Position numbers and translations under genes: made by a program. The notes under the pieces were generated by a model. It saw only the letters and a program-made list of their open reading frames with translations, was not told the origin of the DNA and did not search any database. Positions 33,418 through 44,715 of a DNA stretch of 64,000 bases are shown piece after piece; position 1 is the first letter of the stretch, and every line of letters begins with the position of its first letter. Source of the DNA: the human T2T-CHM13v2.0 reference genome, Homo sapiens; NCBI RefSeq assembly GCF_009914755.1, contig NC_060942.1; one strand, written 5' to 3'.

Positions 33418-33896
33418 TTTTTAAATTTTTTAAATTTTTTTAATCAACTAAAACTTATTTAAGCATAAAGTTACTTTCACATTTGTCTACAACCACAGTA
33501 AATACAGTTCTTGACATAAAGACAATTTAAAGCCTCCCCACCTGCAAGATTACATATATAAAGCTCCCACCATTCTTTATATAATAGTGGATTAATCAAA
33601 TTAAAAGTTATACTATCTAGAATAAAATAAAATGAAATAATTTACTCATAAGATTCATATTTAAATCATCCTCATTTACAAAATACTATCCTGGGAATTA
33701 TAGTTCCATTAAGTTTCAATCTGAACAAAAGTGTAATCACTTAAGTAACAGCAGTTACTTAAACTGAAAATGAGATCAGTCAAAATTACTTTTGAAGAGG
33801 GCAAACATGTTGTTAGGTTTCTTGCTGTCGTTCTGGATGTTCAGCAGCAGGCTCATTTGAAGTCGGACTCAACCCTGATGGAAACTCATTCTACCT

Positions 33897-36134
33897 TCAG
33901 AATGTGGGGGCTGGGGGGAAAAATGCAGGTCTTGGGGGACGGTAAGGAAGAAAACCTCTCGGTAAATAGACATTTCTCATTGCAAATGGAGCACGTGGTG
34001 GACCTGGGACATCCCTTGGAGAAAAATAATCTGGAGAAGCTCCAAACACGGTTCCTGGAGGAGGTGGGGGGAAAGGAGGTCCTCTTCTTATGAACGGGCC
34101 CCTTGTATCTACCGGAAACAATAAACCTCTGATTGGAGCAAGAGGTGGAGGAACAAAGCCAGGGCCAGTTGCTTCATTTTCAGCGGGGAGAGATGAATCA
34201 GGCACCTTTAAATTACCAAGATTATCTTTGGTATCATTTCTACTGGATTCCATTTCTGAAGGCATTGACCCATCCATTTTATCCAAAGAAGGCATATTAA
34301 AACTTCTGAGTTCTGCTGGTCCAGAGAGTCTAGCACAATTAGAATAAAATCTGTCTTGCCTTTGTGGAGGGAGAGCTGAATCAGGATATGATTGTCCTGG
34401 TGGAGGAAACATCATCCTATAGTCCTGTTCCCACGGAGGTGCCAGGGGCCCAGCGTCAGAAGGAGCCCTGTGAGGATCAGTTAACCTATCACAGCTTGAT
34501 TCTCCTCTTTCTTTGGTAATCTGATGGTCCGGAGGATTCCCTGGGCCTCTGGAGCCTCTTCCTCCTCCCCGTGGAAGCAAAGGTGAGAGTCTGAGAGGAC
34601 CTTCCAACAAAGTTGGAGGATAGAGAGAAGCTCTCGTTTCAGATGAAGGCCAACCCAATGGTGAGGGACCATATGGGGAATGCTGTCTGCCAAATGCTGT
34701 ATTTGGAACATCAAGTCCATAAGGATCTTTTTCTAAAAGTTTTATTTTAAACTCTATTTCAGTTAATTTTTGTCTGTTGTGAGCATTTTCTTTCCTTAAA
34801 TCATTGAGGTTTCTTTCAGCAGTCCAAGCTGCCGACCAATTATCATGTGCTTTTTTCTCATGGAGAATAATCTTCTTTTGATAAAAATGAATAGTTTTCT
34901 CAAATTCTTTAAGATCTTTGGCTCGCTTTCGGTAGGTCTCCAGCTCTTCAGTGGCATGGCTGATCATTTCGTCTACTTTAGAAAGTTTCTCTTCTTTCTC
35001 TAACCGGCATTTTTCCTCTACTATTAATTTCCTGTAGAGTTTCATTTCATTTTCTTGATATAATTCAGTCATTACTTTAAGTTTCTGCTGAAGCTTCTGA
35101 TTCTCACTTTCAAAATGTGTGTTTTCTGACTGCAAAGATGCTTGTTCAGTCTGAAGATTTTTAATATGCTCTGTAAGCTCTTCCTTTGTTTTATCAACTT
35201 CAGATAATTGAATATAAATTTGGTTTCTTTCTCCTTCTAAGGTTTTTAAGGAAGCATTTAACTTAGCAGCATGAATCAGTTTCTTCAAAGCTCCTTTTGG
35301 AGGATTATCTAAGTAAGCACCATCTTCCGATTCACTGTTCATTTCTAATTCCAAGTTATCATCATCCGTTACATCTTCTTCAAGCATAGCAACCCCATCT
35401 TTCATCTTTAGCAAGCGTTCAGTCAGAGTCTTGATGTGATTTTCTTTATCATTTAGAACTTGTTCTGCATGTACTTTGGAGTCTTCAAATGTTCTTTTCT
35501 GTTTAATAAGTTCACTCACTTGTTCTTTCCATACTTCAGCTTCTTGCAAAAGCTGTTTCTGGCTTTCCTGAAGTTCAGAATTTTCTTTCCAAGCATCTTG
35601 TATTTCTATCTCCAACCGTTCTTCATTCGCTTGAAATCTCTTGAAGGTCATTTTGGCTTCAGCTACTTGTGATTTGAGGGATTTTGACTCATCTTCTAGC
35701 GACTGTATCCTTTTGGAAATATCCGCCATCAATTCATTTTGTTCAGAATGTTTAGATTTCTCTTCTTTTAACTCTTTTTCTAGACAGAGTATTTCATGCA
35801 CAAGTTCAGAATTGAACCTGTTCAGCTTTTCGCAGGTTGCCTCCAAACTTTGTGCTTCTGTTGCCTCCTTCTCAAAGCTGGCATTCTTTAAAGATGACTC
35901 TACTTCATAGCCTTCATACTCTTTTTGAACAAGGCTAAATTTTTCAAGTAGTTTACATTTTTCTTCAATTAGTCCAGAAAGTGCCACAGCAAACTTTTTC
36001 TCTCTTCTCACATAAAGCCGACTCGTAACTGATCTAAAACTTCTCCACAAGAAGAGAACAGCAAAAAATCCAGCAACAGCTGCACGTATCACCAATTCCC
36101 ATGGAAAACCATAAGGATGAGAATCGGGTCTCAT
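33897..36134 (-). CDS. CTAGE1: CTAGE-family intronless retrogene (cTAGE-2-type protein, 745 aa; copy of CTAGE5/MIA2 with N-terminal TM segment, coiled coils and a proline-rich C-terminus)
   Basis: Uninterrupted 2238-nt ORF from ATG 36134 ([30 protein letters not shown]...) to TGA 33897. The sequence closely resembles CTAGE5 as I recall it, has no introns and has a poly(A) remnant downstream. The ORF-track start at 36170 is a TTG. Confidence 0.93.
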
Positions 36135-36214
36135 ACCTTCAGTCAGTGCTGCCACAACCCTGCGTAGCAACTCCAGGACCAGCCCCAGGTATGGCTGAGG
36201 GTTAGCCCTAGGCT

Positions 36215-36445
36215 CCTCCGTAGCGCCAAGGCTGCTCTGGCGGTTGCTGCAGTAACCTCGGCCACAACAAACGCTGGAGAAGACGCAGCATTCCGTTTGG
36301 AACCTGAATCCCTAACGGGCAACCGGAGCGTACCACTGCGGAGCCGGCTGCGGGGGGAGTTAGGGGACGCGGGCACCCGTAGGCCTCACAGACCCACACT
36401 GCCCACCCCGGTACCTTTGTTACACTTTACATCCTGAGGAAGCGC
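36215..36445 (-). promoter_or_regulatory. CpG-rich CTAGE5-derived 5' leader; probable proximal promoter/5' UTR of the retrogene
   Basis: Local GC/CpG enrichment directly upstream of the ORF in an otherwise CpG-poor window. Promoter function is inferred. Confidence 0.45.
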
Positions 36446-36469
36446 TAAAACCTATATTTTAAAACAGTA

Positions 36470-36680
36470 CCACATGGTGAGAAAGACTCAGGTGACCCAG
36501 CATCCCAGCTATGCCCATCCCAAGCTGACACCCTAGCTAAATGTAGCCTTGTGCATGACCCCAGGTGGGGCGGGCAGAAGAACCTCCCAGCTGACAGAAT
36601 GATAAGGAATAACAAATCATTGTTTTAAGTCACTAAGCTTTGGGGTCATTTGTTATGCAGCAGTAGCTAACTGAAATACC
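36470..36680 (+). mobile_element. MLT1-family (ERVL-MaLR) LTR fragment carried inside the retrocopy
   Basis: Typical MLT1 3' terminus tgttttaagtcactaagctttggggtcatttgttatgcagcagtagctaactgaaatac. Confidence 0.75.
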
Positions 36681-37153
36681 TGCCCCCTTATCCCTTTGGT
36701 GTTTCAGTATCTGTGGCTGAAATAATGAATTTGGGTGCTTGACTAAGATTATGCCCTATGGTAAATTCTGATAGGTAATTTTATAGCTAAAATACAAATT
36801 TTCTGATTGACCTTTGCTTCATTGAAGAGATATTTATTTAGCTCCTCCCAAATGAGACAGATTATGCTTTTTAGATTAACTTCTTCCAGGAAAGGGCTCA
36901 CCACTCCCTAGCATGAGCCTCAGCTGTCCCATGTACAACTGAAAAACGCTAATCTCATCCCCAGAAGATCCAGGACTCTTAGAACAGTGCTGGCACATAG
37001 AGAGTGATTCTCTTACCTGTCCATCAAACTTACCTGCTCTGTGTCCATTTCTGAAACACTGGCACTCCTTCAACACGGATGACGCCTTGCCCTGCAATAA
37101 GTCATCATCTCCCGCCCATGCACATATCTTCAACTCATCTGGAAAGCTTGCTC

Positions 37154-37618
37154 CTGCAGCAATGGGTATGCCCACTAGGTTATAAATCAGCGCCAGGACC
37201 AGTTTGATGCATATCCTCTGGACAGTCATCTTGGAAATATGAATGCTAGCCACCACATCCAGCAAATCATTTTTGATGAGGATGACGTTGGCTGCCTCGA
37301 TGACCACATCCGTGCCAGTGCCAGTGGCAATGCCCAAGTCTGCCTGGGCCAAGGCCAGGGAATCATTGACCCCGTCCCCCACCATGGCGACTTTCTTCCC
37401 TTCATTCAGGAGCTCCTGAACCTTGGTCACCTTGTGTGAAGGCAACACCTCTGCAAAGACTTTGTTGATGCCAACCTGGGTGGCAAAGGCTCTGACTGTC
37501 TTCCAGTTGTTCCCCGTGATCAGAATCACGTTCACATGCATGCTTTGCAGCATGTGCACAGCCAGGGCAACCTCCTGCTTGACAGTGTCTGTGACAGCCA
37601 TCATTCCACAGAGCACAC
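37154..37618 (-). pseudogene. ATP7BP1: Processed ATP7B fragment (P-domain/hinge to TM7 region; apparently exons 17-19 spliced)
   Basis: Translates as [15 protein letters not shown]...LITGNN...[18 protein letters not shown]...[15 protein letters not shown], a copper P1B-ATPase sequence close to ATP7B. It is 465 nt long with no introns, stops or frameshifts. Confidence 0.9.
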
Positions 37619-38147
<529 letters not shown>

Positions 38148-38769
38148 TCATTAATAAAAATATAGTTAATTGAGTAGAAACAGTAGACAAAAGTATGTAC
38201 GAAGAGACAGGCAATTCTAGAGGAGGGAAATAAAATGTCCAGTGAACAGATAAAATGATACTCAACTTCACTAATTAAAAAAAAGCAAATTAGAACAATA
38301 GGGTATGCATTCTACTTCTGGAAAGATGAAGTAGAAGTATTTCCCCCCATTTCTCCTGCTAAGTACAGCTAAAAACCCTGGACAGTAGATATAAAACAAC
38401 ATGAGAAGACTGAACAGTGGAGAGAAGAAGGTAGACCAGCTAGAGATCTCAAAACCCAAGAAACAATATGGTGGTGAGTTCCGTGGGTTTTATTTTTGTC
38501 CCAAAGACGAGATGCTAAAGAAGTGGGCAACCAGTAAATGCCATAGACACAGAGCAGGGAAAGCCTGTCTCTCTGGTCAAAAGCCCATAAGAGGGGCAGG
38601 CTAGCAAGACAGAAAACTCTTAGGCATGAACTGATCTTTCCCAGCAGACACCACAGAAAAAAACTGTGGCCCACTCCATCTCTACCAGCAAAGTGCAAGA
38701 GGGTAACTTAAACTTCCACTCTGGACAAGCTCTACTGAGCACCCCTTGCTTCCCCACAACCCTTCCCCC

Positions 38770-39121
38770 GTGATATGATTGTTTGTGTCCCCATTCAAAT
38801 ATCATCTTGCACTGTAGTCCCCAATGGAGGGATCCAGTGGGAGGTGACTGGATCATGGGGGCAGTTACTCCCATGCTGTTTTTGTGAAAGTGAGTTCTCA
38901 TGAGATCTGATGGTTTTATAAGGGGCTTTTGCCCTTTGCTCAGCACTTCTCCTTCCTGCTGCCATGTGAAGAGGGATGTGTTTGCTTTCTCTTCCACCAT
39001 GATTGTAAGTTTCCTGAGGCCTCTCCATCAATGCTGAACTGTGAGTCAATTAATCCTCTTTCCTTTATAAATTACCCAGTCTCAGGTATGTTTATTAGCA
39101 GTGTCAGAACAGACTAATACA
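38770..39121 (+). mobile_element. THE1/MST-type solo LTR
   Basis: tgatatgattgtttgtgtcccca...aaattacccagtctcaggtatg...gactaataca. Confidence 0.88.
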
Positions 39122-39249
39122 CCTTGTTGAGGTGATGTCAGAGAAGGCCAAGGGAGGAGTCTGGTCTGGACTTTGTCCCCTCCTGGTGGTAATGAACCAC
39201 TTTCATGTCCTTCATCAGGACCACTTGGGGAGCCTGAACTCTCACCCGC

Positions 39250-40850
39250 TATGTAAGGACTCATATCTAGAATACACAGATTTATAAAGGACATTCAAAT
39301 ATCAACTGTAAAAGAAACACGAACAATCCAATTATAAAATGAGCAAAAGATATGAAAAGACACTTTACAAAGTAGACATACAGATGGCAAATAAGCTCAT
39401 GAAAAGTTGTTCAGCATCACTGGCATTTAGGGAAATGTGAATTAAGACCAGCAAACAATACCACCACACACTAATTAGAACAGCTAAAATAAGACTTAGT
39501 GGCAACACCAAATGGTGGCAAAAATGTGGAGAAATTGATCTCTCACACATCACTGGAGGGAATATAAAATGATACAACCACTCTGGAAAATGGTGTGCCC
39601 GTTTCTTAAAAAACTAAACATATGCTTATGATGTGACCTAGCCCTCACTGCACCCCTGGCATTTCCCAGAGAAACAAAAACTTGTGTTCCCACAAAAACC
39701 TGCACATGGTGCTCATAGCAGCTTTATTTGTGATATCTCCAAACTGGAAACAACCAAAATGCCCTATGATAGGTGAAGGATTGGACAAACTGCAGTAATG
39801 CCTACCATGATTTATTGCTGATTTAACTCAGCAATAAAGGGGAAAAAAATATCGGTAAATGCAACACCTTAGCTGGATCTCAAGGGTATTATTCTGAGTG
39901 AAAAAAAACAGTCTCCAAAGGTCACACACTGTCTGATTGTGTTTATATAATCATATGAAAATGACACAATTATAGGGATGGAGAACAGATAAGTAGTTAG
40001 AGTTGGTGGGGACGGGCAGGTCTGCCTATCAAGGGGTAGCAAGAGGGAGATCTTTGGGGGGATGAGATAGTTCCATATCTTAATTATGGTTATGTTTCCA
40101 TGGATCTGCGTGTATAGTAAAATGACATAGAACTATACATACTGTATACCAATGTCGATTTTCTGGTGTGATATTGTACTATAATTATATTAGATGTAGC
40201 CATTGAAAGAAACTGAGTAAAAGGGGCAAGGGACCTCTCTGTACTATCTTTGAACTTCCTATTAATCAATAATTATTTCAAAATAAAAAACTTCAAGCAG
40301 TATGATTCTTTATCCATCAGATTGGAGAACACTTTAAAGCTTGATTCAATTAAGTGTGAGCAAAGTTCTAGAGAACAAGGATAGTCGTTTTGAAGGGCAA
40401 TTGATAGTGTTTATTACAGCTTAACACATGCACAATCTTCCAAGAGATTCTAAGAGTTCTTTCTGAAAAAAAACACCGATGTGCACTGGAGAGAGACATG
40501 CAAGACTATTCATTGTGGCATTGCTTGTAAGAGTGAAAAAATTAAAATAGCCTAAATGCCCATCAAAAGTGGAATAAACAAATTATGGTATATTCATATA
40601 ATACAATATAACAATTAGAAGGAATTAATTAGATACACTTGTAGCAGCATGATGAGATTTCAAAAACATCGTGTTACATGAAAAAAGCAAGATACAGAAT
40701 GACACATAAGAGATAATACTTTTAGAGGAAACACATAAAGCAATACAGTCTTCTTTAGGCACATATATATGAATTATAAAAATGTCAAGATCAAAGGTGT
40801 AAATACTTCAAACAAAAGCCTAACCATGCTCACATCTGGTCAGGAGAAGA
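39250..40850 (+). mobile_element. Ancient L1M (MD/ME) 3' fragments
   Basis: Degenerate L1 ORF2-end and 3' UTR motifs. Confidence 0.7.
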
Positions 40851-41029
40851 GGGGAACATGAGATGAATACATTTATTAGTTATTACCTGGATGCTAAAAA
40901 TTATTATGACCCTGCAGTTATTTTTTAAAGTTTATTTTATTTTTTGTTTGTACAGTGGTTCATCTGAAACTAGTCATTATTAATATGTTGATATTTTCCT
41001 TTTGCTTTTCTTCCTGTTCATATTTTAAC

Positions 41030-41055
41030 GTGTGTGTGTGTGTGTGTGTGTGTGT
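41030..41055. repeat. (TG)n microsatellite
   Basis: About 13 units. Confidence 0.9.
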
Positions 41056-42030
41056 ATGAATGTCTGAATGCAACATTTTTAGAAACTTAAAGGTATAAAA
41101 GCTGAAAAGAGATTATAACATCTCCATTATTGAGCGCCCACTATTTGCCAGGCTAGTGTACTATGTGTATTACAGACATTACTCCTAAATCTCACTACAA
41201 TCCTATAAATTGCTGTTCCCTCCATTTTACATGGGTAAACTGAAGATAAAACTAAGGATAGAAGAGGTGAAGCAACTTGCTCAAGGTCACGAATTTGGCC
41301 AGAGCAAAGAGCCTGGACCTGTGTCCAGGTGAGGGCCCTTCAGAGCTCATGCTACTGCTCCAGCTGAGTCTGGCAGCCTTCGCCCTGTGCTGATAGTTTG
41401 ACAAACATTAAAGCTGGAAAACTTCCACAAAGCAAACTGCGGAAATTCCCATGATTCCTTGCCAATTAGACAGGATGACCAAGGAGGAAAACAGCCAGAC
41501 TGCCTTTGCTCAGAAGGGAAAAGGGGAATGTGACAGCTAATGTTTTACTCGGGTGGCCAAAGCTGGATAAATATGTTTTCTATTTTATTTTATTTTTTCT
41601 TTTTACAAGAACAGTCCTATTGCAATAAGGCTGGATAAACATCATTCTTCTAAAATACCCATGGGTGCACAGCTTACCTCAGGAGAGAGCTGAAGGAAAT
41701 GGCGGATGCTTCCTGAGAGGACCCGATAGCCAAGAGAGAATCTGGAATAGCTTCCATTGACAGGCGCCATTCAGAGATGCTTGACAAATAGTCTTGTGTT
41801 ACTGTCCAAGTTCTTGGCCTAATGACAGCGGTGGTAACAGCAACGATACAGTGGATACTCACATACTGCCCATATGTGCCAAGCAGCGTTCAAAACAGTT
41901 ACATCAACTCATTTAATTCTCCATAATCTGACTTAGAGATAGCATTTAAAGTGACAAAATGAAGCAATAATTCATATGTAGTGCAGCACTGTTGTCAGAA
42001 ACAAGAACTCAATCTCCAGATACTGGCATA

Positions 42031-42350
<320 letters not shown>

Positions 42351-43499
42351 TAGCACAATGACTCTGCCCAGAGCCCTACACAGCCGACAGTGATCCACAG
42401 TTCTGTGGAGGTTGGGGGAGCTGGTGGGAGAAATGATGACACTGGGTTTCGAATATGTGACTGCAATGGTGTCATCTCTGCCTGACAGGGGCTTGTGCTG
42501 AGTCCCAGTCTGTGGAGGCTGACGAGCAGCCATGATATTAATATTTACTGCCCCACTTGACATTTGCAGGCTGGATGGCAATTCTGAATGATCTTTAACT
42601 GGGACACAGAAAAATTGCTGATCTCGAGGCAGGGGTCAGTCCTGTGGGTACATGTGGTTCTTCTACACTGAGTGGGGGAAACTCACCAATCTAATACTGC
42701 ATGTCTTATCTGTCGTATTTATGATTCAACTCCACACAAGTGCTGACTATTAGCAATGTGCTCCTTGCCCTGAAGAAATAATTATGCAAAAAGAGAGGGA
42801 AGGAACAAACAAAAGTACTCTTTCCATCTCACCTGTCGTCTTGCAGAAAATAAAAATGTATTTTCTATCCTTTGGGGGTGATTTTCTGAGAAATAAAACT
42901 CTATTTCCAAATGGTAGTTGACCCATAATTAATCCCATTTATTTGGGGGGAATGTTACATGTTATGTGTTTTTCCCACTTAACAAATGAGAATCTTACTG
43001 GCGTGACCTCCCTTACACAACGGAAAGTCAGCTCCAGCAGTTCATTGACCCCAAAACCAGACCTATTCAGCTAAAGTTTCGTGCAAGGTTGAGCAACGAT
43101 CTAGCTTGCATTGGTACTATACAGACAGCCAGTACAGGTCACTGGGGCCAGAACGCCATCAGGACCAGAATTCCACTGGAACCTCAAACCTTTGGCATCC
43201 CTCCAAATGCTCCAGAAGAGTGATTTGCACTCCAGAAGATCACTTACTTTGGGGTCTAGGCATATCAGAATATCTGGGAAAGGGGGAAAGTTTGAAAATG
43301 CAAGTCAATTTCATGATGCGATTTTACATATGAAAAAGGAAAGAAAATGCCTATTGATTTCACACATAAAGATAAGTAATCAAAATCTCTTTGAGGATAG
43401 CAGGACATTTTTGTTTTTTCAAAAGGGGGAGTTGCTGATTTGAGAAATATTGCTATAAAGTTTAAATTTTCAAGTCTAGATTGAACACAGTGTGTAGGA

Positions 43500-43740
43500 A
43501 GCATAGAGATTAGGCTTGCACGCTTTGGAGCCAGACTGTCTGGGTTCAAGTCCTGGCTCTACTGTCTGTGACATTGGCAATTTGCCTTAAACTTTCTAAA
43601 CCTCCATTTCCTCACTTGTAAAGTAAAGATGTCTTAATAAGACCTCATTATAAGGTATCGTGGGAATTAAATGATATAATTTATGTTAAGTAGAAAAGTG
43701 TCAGACACATAAGAAATGTGCAATGATGGTAGCTATTATT
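43500..43740 (+). mobile_element. MIR
   Basis: ctttggagccagactgtctgggttcaagtcctggctct core. Confidence 0.75.
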
Positions 43741-43864
43741 AAACACCATCCTTTGACGTCCCACTTTTTCCTTGTTCTATTAAATCTTTCTAGGAACTTC
43801 AGGTTCTTGGCACTTCAAGTTCTTGTAAAATGTTCAGTGGTATTCAAAATGTGTTTTCTCTAGT

Positions 43865-44000
43865 TTTTCTTTCTTTCTTTTTTTTTTTTTTTTAAGAGGG
43901 AGGGTCTCACTATGTTGCTCAGGATGATCTTGAACTCTTGGGCTCAAGCAATCCTCTCATCTTGGCCTCCCAAGTAGCCAAAGCTGGCTCATGTCACCAA
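43865..44000 (-). mobile_element. Alu monomer (FLAM-like)
   Basis: Single antisense arm with T-tract. Confidence 0.75.
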
Positions 44001-44159
44001 GCTGGCTTTAGTTCTAATGAAGATTTAAGATAGTAAAGTCCATCAGACAAAATTCTGGTGATATAATAATATATCTTATATTCTCTCAACTCCTCCCTAT
44101 TTATAATGAACAAATGTTTGGACAAAAAAAATGTTTAGTTCACCACCATGGAGTACATA

Positions 44160-44715
44160 CTGTTAGTTGCCTATCCAACATGCATACAATCCCTATGCCC
44201 TTCTTAAGGGAACTGCTGATCATCCTCTCATTGTTGTGTACTTCAGGGAAAACTGAACCTCAGCCTCAGGTATAGGGAATGAATCCTGGGTAGTTTAAGC
44301 CAACCATGGTAAACCCATTTCCCATGCTGACTATTAATTTAGAAACAGACACGTAACATGCTGAGAAGTCATCTGGATCTTCCACTTTCTTCACTTCTAA
44401 GAAGGATACGTTAGATGGGATGCCATTTCTTCCTTTCATCATAGTTTTGTTTGTATGTGACACCTAGAACTGCTGTTGCCATCTGGAAACCATGAGCATA
44501 GACCATGTTGTCAGGGCAAAACTGAGGGTGGCATAGTGGGAGGATGTCACAAACCTGGGCCCTTGATGACATGCGAAGCTCCCGATTGCTCCAGCATAAA
44601 GCCCATGCCCACTGCTGGACTGATTCTTGTGTGAGATCCAACTTAAATTTCCAACTATTTAAGCCAGCTTGAGTTGGGGCTTTGTATTATTTATAGCCCA
44701 AAGTGTACTAATACC
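44160..44715 (+). mobile_element. Old MLT1 LTR
   Basis: aaacctgggcccttgatgac...tttaagccagcttgagttggggctttgtattatttatagccc. Confidence 0.6.

Noticed and set aside
33770-35910. Plus-strand ORFs overlapping CTAGE1
   Set aside because: Short antisense shadows of the coding strand with no independent evidence.
36876-37616. 246-aa ORF as an intact P-type ATPase gene
   Set aside because: It starts at GTG, lacks the DKTGT motif, metal-binding domains and most TM helices, has TGDN altered, and its last ~90 aa are unrelated linker sequence.
37154-37618. circRNA-derived pseudogene as the origin of the exon-bounded ATP7B piece
   Set aside because: The exons are colinear with no back-splice junction or permutation, and both ends are joined to other sequence inside a polyadenylated, TSD-bounded unit.
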